The position numbers and the translations under genes were made by a program. Source: Nitrospirota bacterium (GTDB lineage Bacteria > Nitrospirota > UBA9217). From it: a stretch of 64,000 bases of DNA. Positions 39,566-49,858 of this stretch are shown here, piece after piece (the first letter of the stretch is position 1; each line of letters starts with the position of its first letter). A model generated the notes under the pieces. The model was not told the DNA's origin, searched no databases, and worked only from the letters and a program-made list of their open reading frames with translations. The stretch is from assembly GCA_963796285.1 (NCBI GenBank), contig CAWCKW010000012.1, positions 896,001 through 960,000 on the forward strand, in the 5' to 3' direction.

Positions 39566-40696
39566 TTACTCTTTACCAAAAGGACAGACTGGATAGCGGC
39601 AAACATCACAGTTCATGCAAAGCCCCCCGTGTCCCAGTGTTGCCAACTCTCTTCTTCCGATCCTTTCACCGGCCAGTACCCGTGGGAGAATGAGGTCGAA
39701 GATGGTCGTTTTATGATACATACCGCAGGCAGGAATACCTAAAATAGGGACAGGATACAGGGCCCTGGGAGCGGGGTCTTGAGTACCCTGTTCCGGCCCT
39801 TGCTCCAGATAAGCCACAAGAAACATCGCACCCGGAAGCACGGCCGAACCGTAGCTTATGTCCGTGGCACCAAGGTCCCTGATCGCGAACCTGGTCACAT
39901 CATCGGGGTCCACGGACATGCCACCGGTAGTGATGAGCAGATCAGCGCCCGCATTCAGCAATTCCCGCAGCCTGTCAACAATGAATGCTTTATCATCAGG
40001 CGCATAATACACGCCGACCATCTCCCCGCCGAATTCCTCGATCTTCTTCGCGATGATCGGTGCAAAGGCATCCTTGATCCTGCCGTGATATACCTCATTG
40101 CCGGTAATGACTACGCCGGTTTTTGGTTTTCGGAGTTCCCTTACCTGGATCACGCCCTGGCCCTTGCCCCTTGACACTTGATCCCGACCCGCTGTCTTTA
40201 CCGCCTCATCAACAATGGTCCTTTTTATCACCAGCGGGATCGCCCGCGTCCCTGCCACGGTCTGTCCTTTTTTGACGATCATATTGTCGTGGAGCGTTGC
40301 GCACATCACTTCGCCCAATAGATTGAATTGAAAAAGCGCGTCTCGATCGATCTTCAATATGCCGTCATGGGCCGCTATCAAGTCAATCTTCCCTTCTTTG
40401 GGCTCACCCTTGATCACCACTCCGTCTCCCATAAGCGCGTTGGCAAGCGCATATGCCGCGTCGTTCTCATGCATTTCATCTTCAGCCACGTGCAGAACAA
40501 ACAAGTGTTCTTTGCCAAGCCGCTGGAGGTGACAGACGTCCTCTTCCCGGATGATGTGCCCCTTCTTAAAAACAGGTCCCTTGAATTCGCCTTGCCGAAT
40601 CTCGGTTATATCATGGGCAAGGACCGTGCCGACGGACTCGTGCACCGGGATGGACTTGGTTCCCGTTCTTGTGCTTTCATGGAGCGAGTCACACAT
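39566..40696 (-). CDS. Molybdopterin-binding (MoeA/MoCF_biosynth-like) protein
   Basis: VITGNEV, TTGGMSVDPDD, VLPGAM; C-terminal CxxCxxCxYPxC. Confidence 0.88.
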   Translation of the reverse strand: MCDSLHESTRTGTKSIPVHESVGTVLAHDITEIRQGEFKGPVFKKGHIIREEDVCHLQRLGKEHLFVLHVAEDEMHENDAAYALANALMGDGVVIKGEPKEGKIDLIAAHDGILKIDRDALFQFNLLGEVMCATLHDNMIVKKGQTVAGTRAIPLVIKRTIVDEAVKTAGRDQVSRGKGQGVIQVRELRKPKTGVVITGNEVYHGRIKDAFAPIIAKKIEEFGGEMVGVYYAPDDKAFIVDRLRELLNAGADLLITTGGMSVDPDDVTRFAIRDLGATDISYGSAVLPGAMFLVAYLEQGPEQGTQDPAPRALYPVPILGIPACGMYHKTTIFDLILPRVLAGERIGRRELATLGHGGLCMNCDVCRYPVCPFGKE

Positions 40697-41054
40697 GCGA
40701 ACCTCCCGTGAAAAGAGCTTTAAACTTCTCATCAACGATCTCTTGAATGCCTGTTTCCAGCAATTCGAACTTCCTCAGGAACACTCTCGCATGTTCGGTA
40801 AGCAGCGCGCCGCCGCCGTTCTTCCCTCCGGTCTGCCGCTCGATCAGTTTCACGCCGAGCCGGTCTTCCATGGCCTTGATGTGGCTCCATGCCTTGCGGT
40901 ACGAGATGCCTACCTCGCGCGCTGCGCGATTGATCGAGCCGTGCAGATCAATGGCCTCAAGAAGAAACCTCCTGCCCCTGCCGAATACCGGCTCACCGTC
41001 AACTTCGATCCATATCTTCGACCTGATGTCCATGCCGTTATGTTTTTTTTGCAT
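40689..41054 (-). CDS. ModE-type winged-helix regulator (N-terminal domain only)
   Basis: GSINRAARE.GISYRKAW...GGKNGGGALLT. Confidence 0.9.
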   Translation of the reverse strand: MQKKHNGMDIRSKIWIEVDGEPVFGRGRRFLLEAIDLHGSINRAAREVGISYRKAWSHIKAMEDRLGVKLIERQTGGKNGGGALLTEHARVFLRKFELLETGIQEIVDEKFKALFTGGSHV

Positions 41055-41676
41055 AACGCACCGTCAAAAAAGAGTCTTTCACTATATAGTAGCCACCCCC
41101 GGCACAGGGAATGCACAGGACCTTTCCGTCCTGATGGACCTCTCGCATGTCCTGGACATGTTCACCGCAAACATCGCACGGTACTCTGCGCAGAGGCCTC
41201 CCCGGCATGTCCTGGGGCCGTATGTCAATAGACACTTCCATCACATTAAATAGCTCTTCGTCCGGCATGATCTTGTATGCCTCGAGCTGGGCTGTGTACT
41301 TGTTCTCGATTTCCGGCAAATGATCCTTTGCCTTCTGACGACAATCCTCGCGAGCGATGATCCGAACAGCATTGCCCGTGTTGAGGTTCATGAATGTTGC
41401 GGCCATCTTGCCGTAGTCCAAAAACCTCAACGTCCGGCGGCCGAGGCTGCATCCCGTGACGGACTGGACCGCATCCGCGGCGCACCGGTCCATCTCCACG
41501 AAAACGATGATGTTCTTACGGTCGTTGCCTTTCGGGTCATTGACGCCGATCTCGCGCAGTCCGAGCATGGACATCCTCACCCCCAACACCTGTCCCGCGC
41601 ACAGATGACCGTGCACTTTTACAGACCCGGCCAGCAGTTTATCGAAACTAGATGCCTGTTCAGTTTTGTCATTCAT
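41038..41676 (-). CDS. FmdE/FwdE family protein with C-terminal zinc finger
   Basis: HGHLCAG, DRCAADA, CDVCGE and CIPC. Confidence 0.9.
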   Translation of the reverse strand: MNDKTEQASSFDKLLAGSVKVHGHLCAGQVLGVRMSMLGLREIGVNDPKGNDRKNIIVFVEMDRCAADAVQSVTGCSLGRRTLRFLDYGKMAATFMNLNTGNAVRIIAREDCRQKAKDHLPEIENKYTAQLEAYKIMPDEELFNVMEVSIDIRPQDMPGRPLRRVPCDVCGEHVQDMREVHQDGKVLCIPCAGGGYYIVKDSFLTVRYAKKT

Positions 41677-41801
41677 CCGGATTACGTCTCTCCTTATCCT
41701 GACGGTTCGCTGGGAAATCGCCACCATATAAATTATACTATATAATTATCGGACAGCAATATAATTTTCATCATTTCACAATACTCATCATGCCGGATGA
41801 A

Positions 41802-43010
41802 CTACTCGTATCGAAGCGCCTGGATGGGGTCCTGGAGCGCGGCCCTGCGCGCCGGGTACACGCCGAAGAACACGCCCACGGCAGCGGAAAATGTAAATGC
41901 CATGATGATGGACCAGGCCGAGACGCTCGTGGGAAGAACAGTCACAAATACGGGGATAAGAAGGGCAAGGCCGACTCCCAGCAGAATGCCGATCACCCCG
42001 CCCGCGCCGGAAAGCGTTATCGCCTCGATCATGAACTGGGCCATGATGTCCCTGTTCCGTGCGCCAAGGGCCTTCCGGATGCCGATCTCTCTCGTGCGTT
42101 CGCGCACCGAGACCAGCATGATGTTCATGATGCCGATGCCTCCGACGATAAGCGAGATACCCGCGATGCCGCCGAGCACGGCGGTCAGCACGCCGAGGAT
42201 CGTGTTCATCGTTTCAAGCATGGCCCCCTGGGTCTGGATAGTGAAATCCTCCTTGTGGGCATGCCGCTTGATCAGGATGTCCTTGATCTGGGCAATGGCG
42301 CGGTCGACATCCTCGGCCCTCGGTGTCGATGCGATGATCTCAAAGAGCGAGTCGGTATCAAAAAGTTCCTGGCCGCTGGTCACCGGAACGTACACGACGT
42401 CATCGATGTCCATACCGAGGCTGGTCCCCTTTTTCCGCATGACACCGACCACGCGATAGCGCGCATCGGACAGCGTCACCACCTTGCCGAGCGGATTGTC
42501 CGCGCCGAACAGCTCTTCCTTGACCTTTGTGCCGAGCACGATGATCTTGGCCTTTGAATCCACATCGCCCTGGGAAACATAACTTCCCGTGTCGACGAAG
42601 AGACTCCTCACCCGCTGGAATTCCGGCGTCGTGCCGATCACCATGGTGTCCCGGGCCATGTTCCCGAACTTGATCTTTCCGGTGCCGAACACGAGCGGCA
42701 CCGCGTCAGTCAGAAGCCACGCGCGCCGCCTGAGCGCCTGCGAATCGTCATACGTCAGCTTGCGCACCGTGCCCGCCGACGGAGGATGGAACCCGCCGCG
42801 CGTGGAGGTCTTCCCCGGCGTGATAATGAGCAGGTTCGTCCCGAGGCCGGTCAGTTCTTTCGTGATGTACACCTGCGCACCCTCTCCGATAGACACGAGC
42901 AGGATCACGGCCATGACGCCGATGATCACGCCGAGCATGGTGAGCCCCGAGCGGACCTTGTTCGAGAGGATCGCCTCGAAGGCGACGCGGAATGTTTCTA
43001 TAAAGTTCAT
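41802..43010 (-). CDS. MacB-type ABC permease
   Basis: GGIGIMNIMLVSVRERTREIGIRKALGA. Confidence 0.95.
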   Translation of the reverse strand: MNFIETFRVAFEAILSNKVRSGLTMLGVIIGVMAVILLVSIGEGAQVYITKELTGLGTNLLIITPGKTSTRGGFHPPSAGTVRKLTYDDSQALRRRAWLLTDAVPLVFGTGKIKFGNMARDTMVIGTTPEFQRVRSLFVDTGSYVSQGDVDSKAKIIVLGTKVKEELFGADNPLGKVVTLSDARYRVVGVMRKKGTSLGMDIDDVVYVPVTSGQELFDTDSLFEIIASTPRAEDVDRAIAQIKDILIKRHAHKEDFTIQTQGAMLETMNTILGVLTAVLGGIAGISLIVGGIGIMNIMLVSVRERTREIGIRKALGARNRDIMAQFMIEAITLSGAGGVIGILLGVGLALLIPVFVTVLPTSVSAWSIIMAFTFSAAVGVFFGVYPARRAALQDPIQALRYE

Positions 43011-43685
43011 GCCCGCACCTGATCGCTGATGATCTGCCCGTCCTTCACGTTGACGATGCGCCTGCAGCGCGCCGCCACGGTCTGGTCATGGGTAACGATG
43101 ATGATCGTGACCCCCTGCGCGTTGAGTCCGGTCAGAATTTTCAAGTACTTCCTCACCAGAGCGGCTGTCGAGATTGCCCGTGGGCTCGTCGGCGAGAAGG
43201 AGCGGCGGGTTGTTCACGAGCGCCCGCGCGATGGCAACGCGCTGCTGCTGGCCCCCGGAGAGCTCCGTCGGTTTGTGATGCATGCGATCCGCGAGCCCGA
43301 CCTTTTCGAGCAGGGGGACGGCCCGCGCTTTGCGCAGGCGCGCCGGGACGCCGCCGTAGATAAGCGGCACCTCAACGTTCTTGAGCGCGGAAAACCGGGC
43401 GAGGAGATTGAAGGTCTGGAACACGAAGCCGATCTTGACGTTCCTGATGGACGCGAGCTCATCGTCCGTCATGGCGTTGATCTCCCGGTCCTCGAACCGG
43501 TACGAGCCGCTCGTAGGCCGGTCCAGGCATCCGACAATGTTCATGATGGTGGATTTTCCGGAACCCGAGGGCCCCATGATGGCGATAAGCTCCCCGCTCT
43601 GGACGCTCAGGGAAACGCCGGACAGCACGGTGAAGTCAACTTCACCCATGCGGTAGGTCTTGGTTATGTTGGAGAGCTCGATCAT
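43007..43685 (-). CDS. MacB-type ABC ATPase (frameshift near 43140)
   Basis: [26 protein letters not shown]; VTHD in the shifted frame. Confidence 0.92.
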
Positions 43686-43697
43686 GCCATACATTCG

Positions 43698-43758
43698 GTT
43701 CAAGTGCAAAGTTCAAGGGGTTCTCAATTCTTTACTCCGAACTGTGAACTCTGAACTT
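43698..43758. repeat. Inverted heptamer array (GTTCAAG ... CTCCGAA/CTCTGAA)
   Basis: Same unit as 45539-45572. Confidence 0.6.
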
Positions 43759-44853
43759 TTATTCTATCTTCACCGTCGCCCCGTCCTTTAACCCTTCGAC
43801 CTCAGGCGTGGTAATGACGAATTCACCTTCCTTCAGGCCTTTTATCACCTGAGTGAAACTCCAATTCGTTTCCCCGATCTCGATCGGCGTGAGCCTTGCG
43901 ACGGCCCGCGCGCCGGATTTGATGTCCTTCCCGCTCGCGACAAAAACCCGTTTTTTCCCCTCCCGCTCGATGACCGCCTGAGACGGGACCGACAGCACGG
44001 ACGAAAGCGTCGATACGAGGATCTCGACATCGGCCGACATTCCGGGTTTTATCTTTGCGTGTTTCTCATCAAAATAGATCCAGACGTCGGCCGTGCGCGT
44101 CTCAAGCTTCCCTCCGCTCACGATCGGCGAGATCCGCTTTACCTTCCCCGGATATTTTTCTCCCGGAAACGCGTCAACGGTTATCATCACGGGCTGGTCC
44201 AGACGGAGCCTTCCCACGTCCACTTCATCAATCGTCGAAAGAACGTAGATCCTGTCGGGATTCACGATCGTTACGATCTGCTTGCCCGGAAGCAGAATCT
44301 CTCCCACTTCGGTGTATTTTTTCGCGATCACACCGTCGAAGGGAGCGCGGATGACCGAATAATCGCTTTTTACCGTGGCATCTTCCGCCGAGGCTTCGTG
44401 CTGCGATCGTGCGATATCGTACGCCCTGCGTGCCGCGTCGAGGTCCTGCTGGGCCACCATCCCGTTCTCGAACAGTTCCTGGATACGCTTAAGGTTCTTT
44501 TCCGATTCGACATAGGTGGCTTTGCTCTGGGCCAGGACGTTCCCTGTCTGGACCGCTTCTTCGGACAGATCAAGCCGGGCGATGAGCGCTCCGGCCTTTA
44601 TGAGGTCGCCCTCTTTCACCGGGAGCTTGATCACCCTTCCTGTCCGCTGCGCCGAGAGCGTCACCTCGGTCTCGGATTTTACCGTTGAGGTGGTCGTTGC
44701 GTTCACGATAACGCGGAGTTCTCCCGGTTTGAGCAGAACGGCCTTCACCAGAGGGGGCTTCTTCCCGCTGACGACAACAATCGCGACGAGGACCAGCGCG
44801 ATGAGGACAGTCCATACTAATTTGCTTTTTAACAGTTTAACCACGATCGACAT
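43759..44853 (-). CDS. MacA-type periplasmic adaptor (membrane fusion protein)
   Basis: IRAPFDG, IDEVDVGRL, KPGMSA and VPSQAV. Confidence 0.93.
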   Translation of the reverse strand: MSIVVKLLKSKLVWTVLIALVLVAIVVVSGKKPPLVKAVLLKPGELRVIVNATTTSTVKSETEVTLSAQRTGRVIKLPVKEGDLIKAGALIARLDLSEEAVQTGNVLAQSKATYVESEKNLKRIQELFENGMVAQQDLDAARRAYDIARSQHEASAEDATVKSDYSVIRAPFDGVIAKKYTEVGEILLPGKQIVTIVNPDRIYVLSTIDEVDVGRLRLDQPVMITVDAFPGEKYPGKVKRISPIVSGGKLETRTADVWIYFDEKHAKIKPGMSADVEILVSTLSSVLSVPSQAVIEREGKKRVFVASGKDIKSGARAVARLTPIEIGETNWSFTQVIKGLKEGEFVITTPEVEGLKDGATVKIE

Positions 44854-44868
44854 ATCACCAATCCCCAA

Positions 44869-45045
44869 ACCGGACAAGCCGGAACCAAAAGAGCGTCTCT
44901 CGTACCCTGCTCTTGCGATAACGCGGGCACAAGCAAAGCACGCGAAGGACGCAGAGGAATGCCAATTTATTAGTCTTGTTTTAACTCAGCATATTTATGA
45001 GCTTTTCTCTCCGGACTCTGCGCCTCTGCGAGAATTTTTCCTGCC
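44869..45045. repeat. Dispersed palindromic intergenic element, copy 2, with one nested 31-bp insert
   Basis: Homologous to 5951-6165; right arm lacks the insert. Confidence 0.85.
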
Positions 45046-45069
45046 ATTTTGAGACGAGTTCATTCGGAC

Positions 45070-45522
45070 TTATTGCGGCTCATTCTGAGCGTGATACTCA
45101 AGCCGTTCTTTGATGCCCTTCATAAAACCGCGGGTCACTTCGCCCAGTTTTTCCGCTACCACCATGTCCTGAAGAATGGAAAAGTTGCCGGTCACATGGC
45201 CTTCAAGGTGATAGGTGATCTCCGTTTCATTGTCTGATATTTTCCTGAACGACACGAGCCCCGAGGTGACCAGGTGTTCATGCGTCGCCGTCCACGCCAG
45301 ACGCTGCTGCTCGACCATCTCGGTCGTATGAGCAAACATCTCGATCGTCCGGCTGAAAGGCCCGAGCGACATCTTGATCGTCCATATGGAATCCAGATCG
45401 TTCAGGATCTCAACCCCCTTGCATCCCGGGAAGAGACAGCCGACCTCCTTCCGGTCGATCATAAAGGACCATACGCTCTTTATCGGCAGCTTGATGGTGA
45501 AAGTCACTTCTCTTGTCGGCAT
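45070..45522 (-). CDS. CoxG/SRPBCC family protein
   Basis: VWSF..D...GCLFPGC pattern. Confidence 0.8.
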   Translation of the reverse strand: MPTREVTFTIKLPIKSVWSFMIDRKEVGCLFPGCKGVEILNDLDSIWTIKMSLGPFSRTIEMFAHTTEMVEQQRLAWTATHEHLVTSGLVSFRKISDNETEITYHLEGHVTGNFSILQDMVVAEKLGEVTRGFMKGIKERLEYHAQNEPQ

Positions 45523-45538
45523 TGGTCACTCCAATCTT

Positions 45539-45572
45539 TTACTCCGAACTCCGAACTCTGAACTCCGAACTG
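45539..45572. repeat. Heptamer tandem repeat (ACTCCGA/ACTCTGA x4)
   Basis: ACTCCGAACTCCGAACTCTGAACTCCGAAC. Confidence 0.8.
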
Positions 45573-45575
45573 CTT

Positions 45576-46949
45576 TTATTCCATCCTTCCCATTGCTTTA
45601 TAGAGCCTTGCTACTGCGAGCTGATAATCATAGAGCGCCTGGACGTGGTCGGTCTCGGTATTGACCTCGGCAACCAGCGCATCGGTCACCTCGATGTACG
45701 GTCCAACGCCGGCTTCGTATCTTCCCTTCGCAAGCTCAAGGCTCTCCTTCGCCTTTTTGAGCGATGTTTCCATGCCATCGATGCGCGCCGTCGCGCTCTC
45801 GATATCCGCGTATGCCTGATTCAACTCAATAAGAATTGCCTGTTTTAAGGTGCGGCCTTGCGCCTCCAAGGCGCGCATATTCGCCCGGGCCTCTCTTACC
45901 CTTCCTTTTGTGATCCCGCCCTCGAACAGCGGCATGCTCAGCATGATGCCTGCGTTCCAGCTGTTCTGAACATCACCCCGAAGCTGTATACCCTGGAACT
46001 CTCCCGCATCCGTGGTGCCGTGCGCCCAATTGTAGGTGCCGTTCGCGGAGAGGGTCGGAAGATAACCTGATTCTTCTGTTCCGACCCTTGCGCGAGCCGC
46101 TTCGATATCAGCTTCGGACTTCAGCAGATCCGGCCGGCTTCTGACGGCTTCCGACAGCGCCTCCTCAATCGTTGGAATAACGATCGGAGCAAAGAGGACA
46201 TCGTCGATCTCGAGGTCCTCTCCCGGATCGATGCCCATGGCATTATACAGCCCGAGAGTCCTGAGACGCACGGTGTTCTTCGCGTTGATCATCCCGAGCT
46301 TCGCGGCGTTCAATTCCACTTCCGCGCGGGTCACATCGAACCTCGGCTTTGACCCCGTCCGGAAAAAAGCCTCCGCCTGCCGGAGATGGCTCTCGGCCTG
46401 CTCAAGCGTCTTCTCCGCCACCAGCACAAGTTTCTTGGCCGCAAGCAAAGCATAATACGCCTGCTTCACATTCAAGATCACGTCCTGGACAACGCGAGCG
46501 ATGTCCTGCTCAGCTGAACGCGATCCCAGGCGCGCCGCATCAAGCGAATTGCCGGTCTTCCCGAAGTCATAAAGCAACTGGTTGATCGAAAGCGACGTGG
46601 TATAGCTCTTCGTGTCACTGTCCCCGAATGCGCCCCCGATTTGACGGCTCTCAGCATAACCGGTGCTCGCGCTGACCTTTGGAAAATACGCTGACGCGGC
46701 CTGCGTAACCCGTCCCTCTCCGGCGTTGACGACTTCACGCGCCGACATGATCGTCGGCTGATTTTTGAGAGCGACATCAATGCACTCGCGGAGCGTAAGC
46801 TTCACCGCGGCATAGACCGGGTTCTGCGTTAATACGGCAACCAGGAGTACGGTGATGATATTCAATTGTTTATGTATTTTTCGCATGAGAACGGCGGCCT
46901 TTATCACGTTACGAGAAACCGGGAATGACTCATTGGTTTTCAGCATCAT
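45576..46949 (-). CDS. TolC-family outer-membrane efflux protein (start may be 46886)
   Basis: Two OEP repeats: LYDFG, PLFEGG, RYEAG. Confidence 0.93.
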   Translation of the reverse strand: MMLKTNESFPVSRNVIKAAVLMRKIHKQLNIITVLLVAVLTQNPVYAAVKLTLRECIDVALKNQPTIMSAREVVNAGEGRVTQAASAYFPKVSASTGYAESRQIGGAFGDSDTKSYTTSLSINQLLYDFGKTGNSLDAARLGSRSAEQDIARVVQDVILNVKQAYYALLAAKKLVLVAEKTLEQAESHLRQAEAFFRTGSKPRFDVTRAEVELNAAKLGMINAKNTVRLRTLGLYNAMGIDPGEDLEIDDVLFAPIVIPTIEEALSEAVRSRPDLLKSEADIEAARARVGTEESGYLPTLSANGTYNWAHGTTDAGEFQGIQLRGDVQNSWNAGIMLSMPLFEGGITKGRVREARANMRALEAQGRTLKQAILIELNQAYADIESATARIDGMETSLKKAKESLELAKGRYEAGVGPYIEVTDALVAEVNTETDHVQALYDYQLAVARLYKAMGRME

Positions 46950-47530
46950 GTGGACAACTTGAGCGCCAGTTCCATGACTACGCCGGATACGATCGGGATC
47001 ACCAGGTTGTCGTTGAGCGGGAGCGTTAAGAGCTCAACTCCCGCGGCTGCCAGTGCGCCGAGGACCATTACCCACGGGTTGGTTCCCGATCCGATCAGCA
47101 AGAGGACGCCTCCGGCCGCGAGCGATGCAACGACAAAGGCAGCCGTGCCCTCCAGACTCTTGTTCCCGATCTTTGTTCTTCCGTATCGCTCCCCGATCGT
47201 AGTCGCGGCCACATCGCCGAAGACAAGATAGCAGATCGCCGCTGTCGCTACCGGCTGGGAGAAGAAATACAGCGAAAGGCCGATGCCCAGGATGTACGGA
47301 GCAGTGCCCGTGAGCTTATGCGCCTCGTTCGTCCGAATGAAGCCGGCGAACCGGGCAAACATGAAGTTGTTCACTGCCGGGACCGTGAGCCGAATGATAT
47401 CGAAGCCCAACACAATGAAAAACAACAGTGCATAGCATACAAGCGCCCGGTCTCTTCCCGTGATGGAATAAAGCGAAAGAAGCCCGACCCCGCCTATGAT
47501 ATGGTATAGTTTACGGCCGAGCTGGTTCAT
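46946..47530 (-). CDS. Polyprenol/phytol/dolichol-kinase-like membrane protein
   Basis: RKLYH, FGDVAA..IG...G, KSLEG and DNLVIP. Confidence 0.87.
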   Translation of the reverse strand: MNQLGRKLYHIIGGVGLLSLYSITGRDRALVCYALLFFIVLGFDIIRLTVPAVNNFMFARFAGFIRTNEAHKLTGTAPYILGIGLSLYFFSQPVATAAICYLVFGDVAATTIGERYGRTKIGNKSLEGTAAFVVASLAAGGVLLLIGSGTNPWVMVLGALAAAGVELLTLPLNDNLVIPIVSGVVMELALKLST

Positions 47531-47598
47531 GGTAGCCTCTTCGTAACTCGTTCAGATCAGGGGTCTGGTTTCATCAGTGCGTGCCGACTGACGTCGTT

Positions 47599-48579
47599 TC
47601 AGCGGTGATTCCGGATATCGTCGGGCAAACTGCACGTCGGGTTCATGTCGCACTTCTCGCACTCCAGCTGAATGGTACTGTGGAGAACTTTGAACTTCTC
47701 AGAGAGGAGCTTTCTGATCCGGTCATTCAGTTCCCTGCTGTCGCTGACCATCTGATCGTCAATGAGCACATGGGCGCTCAAGGCGTAGACGCCGGAAGTA
47801 ATGGACCAGAGATGGATATGGTAGGCCTCACGCACTCCCTTGAGCTTTGCGATCTCTGCAGCAATGGTGTCGATATTAAGATGCGCGGGCGCCGACTCGA
47901 GGAGGATATTCACCGATTCCCTTACGAGCGACCATGCCCCGAAGATGATCACCAGCGAGATCATGATGCTCAGGATCGGGTCGATCAGATACCAGCCGGT
48001 GTAGAGGATAATGACTCCGCCGATGACCACCCCGACGGATGAGAGCGCGTCTCCGATGATGTGCAGATAGGCGCCGCGTATGTTGAGACTGGTATGGCTG
48101 TGTTTGAACAGGAACAGGGCGCCGATGATGTTCGCGACCAGGCCAATGACCGCAATGATCAGCATCAGCATGCCTTGTACCGGCTGGGGGTGGATCATTC
48201 GCAGATAAGCATGGTATATGATATAGAGCGATATCAGGACCAGCACAATGCCGTTCACGAACGCGGCAAGGATCTCAAGTCGATAGAACCCGAAGGTCTT
48301 GCGATCCGTTGCCGGCAAGGATGCAAAGGTCATCGCAAAGAACGAAAGCAGAAGAGCGAGGTTGTCGGTCAGCATATGACCGGCGTCCGACAGAAGAGCA
48401 AGGCTGTTCGAGAGCAGTCCGCCGATCACCTCGGCGACCATCATCAGGAGCGTGATAGAAAATGCTATCAGCAGATCTCTTTTCCCGCCCCCGGGGACCT
48501 TGCGCAGACCAGGATCGATATCGTGTTCATGACTATGTTCATGTTCGTGATTATCAGTATGAGGATGAGCCATTGACAT
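47599..48579 (-). CDS. Cation diffusion facilitator (CzcD/ZitB-like)
   Basis: His-rich N-terminus; SLALLSDAGHMLTD; LHIIGD. Confidence 0.95.
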   Translation of the reverse strand: MSMAHPHTDNHEHEHSHEHDIDPGLRKVPGGGKRDLLIAFSITLLMMVAEVIGGLLSNSLALLSDAGHMLTDNLALLLSFFAMTFASLPATDRKTFGFYRLEILAAFVNGIVLVLISLYIIYHAYLRMIHPQPVQGMLMLIIAVIGLVANIIGALFLFKHSHTSLNIRGAYLHIIGDALSSVGVVIGGVIILYTGWYLIDPILSIMISLVIIFGAWSLVRESVNILLESAPAHLNIDTIAAEIAKLKGVREAYHIHLWSITSGVYALSAHVLIDDQMVSDSRELNDRIRKLLSEKFKVLHSTIQLECEKCDMNPTCSLPDDIRNHR

Positions 48580-48634
48580 GGTGCCTGAGCTCCCGAATAT
48601 AACAATTCATGATGCAATTGTCATGCGTTTAACA

Positions 48635-48711
48635 CACCACGAAAACCCTGAGACAAAGAGAAAGCGTTTAAACTAAATGTTTTTTCTCAGTGCCTTAGTG
48701 ATATCGTGGTT
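48635..48711. repeat. Imperfect intergenic palindrome
   Basis: ACCACGA...CTGAG...AAAG / TTTTCTCAG...TCGTGGT. Confidence 0.45.
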
Positions 48712-48732
48712 CATTCCGCTTTTTAAAGATCG

Positions 48733-49551
48733 TCAATTTTTTGTCCAGAACCGCAGCGACGTTACTGGCTCGATCGCGCCAATCTCCGCGGCATACCCGT
48801 AAAAAGCGAGAAGTCCTTTTTGTTCATTATTTCCGAAGTCATAGCTGAATGAATTCCAGTACGATAAGAGCAATGCTGCCGGGACATTGAACCGATTCGC
48901 CTGCGAGATAGACAGGTCCCGCAGATGCGACATGCCATAAGTTCTCGATGTTATTAGTATATCATACAGTGCGGCGATGTCCCGATCGATGTTCTTTTTG
49001 TAGTTCACATGCCAGAGGGCGAAAACGAACGGAAGACCGGTGAATTCGTGCCAGAGTTCTCCGAGGTCATAGCGATAGGGAAACCCGGGCAGCGGTGCCT
49101 TCGTGAGCGCCAGGTCGCCAATCGTGAGCATTGCATCGGCCTGTCCCGAAGGGTCGTCTACACCCTGCTCATACTGTGTGTAGCCCGGGTGGACGTCATG
49201 CCGTACTTCCAGCAAAATGCGGAGAAGTACGACCGAGGTAGCCGATGCGGTGGTCAGGGCAACTACTTTTTTGTCCAGATCTTCAATCGGGACCTTACTT
49301 TCAAGAAGGATGCTCATGACCTTGTTCTTCGAGGTGATCGATAGGTTCGGCAAAAGATGGTAGCGTCCAGGGTTCATGGCATACTCAATGGACGAGGACG
49401 GCGATACATCGACCTTTCCCTCATAGAGCAGGCGGTTCAGCTCCGTTGGAATGCCCTCAACCAGTTTGAACGGAAATGGGACCGTCTTCGTGATGATCCC
49501 GGCATGGGGCGGGAAGCAATTGGAGTATACGATATGACCGAGTTTGAGCAT
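48733..49551 (-). CDS. mqnA: Chorismate dehydratase (futalosine menaquinone pathway)
   Basis: G.I.Y.N, PTELN, SATSV, IGDLAL and DLGELW...TGLPFVFALW. Confidence 0.9.
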   Translation of the reverse strand: MLKLGHIVYSNCFPPHAGIITKTVPFPFKLVEGIPTELNRLLYEGKVDVSPSSSIEYAMNPGRYHLLPNLSITSKNKVMSILLESKVPIEDLDKKVVALTTASATSVVLLRILLEVRHDVHPGYTQYEQGVDDPSGQADAMLTIGDLALTKAPLPGFPYRYDLGELWHEFTGLPFVFALWHVNYKKNIDRDIAALYDILITSRTYGMSHLRDLSISQANRFNVPAALLLSYWNSFSYDFGNNEQKGLLAFYGYAAEIGAIEPVTSLRFWTKN

Positions 49552-49858
49552 AAGATTAGTAAAATAACACGAATAAATACTGGAATACAAGAGAAACAAA
49601 ACAAGACGAGAGGTTATCCGTGTTTATCCATATTCAGCCTCCCGCTGCACTTTATATATTTATTGTTTTCGAACCCCTGTTTTCTATTTGCGTTTTCGAT
49701 CGACCTTTTGAGTACTAAGCCCGCAGAAAAATAGTTCAGCGACAAATGCTCCGAACCCGAAAACCGCCACGAGGATCATCCCGAGACAAATCCTCCACTT
49801 GCCGTAGCAAAAAGTGAGATTCTATATGTGGAGGTCTCAGCAATTCTGCGTTTTATAC

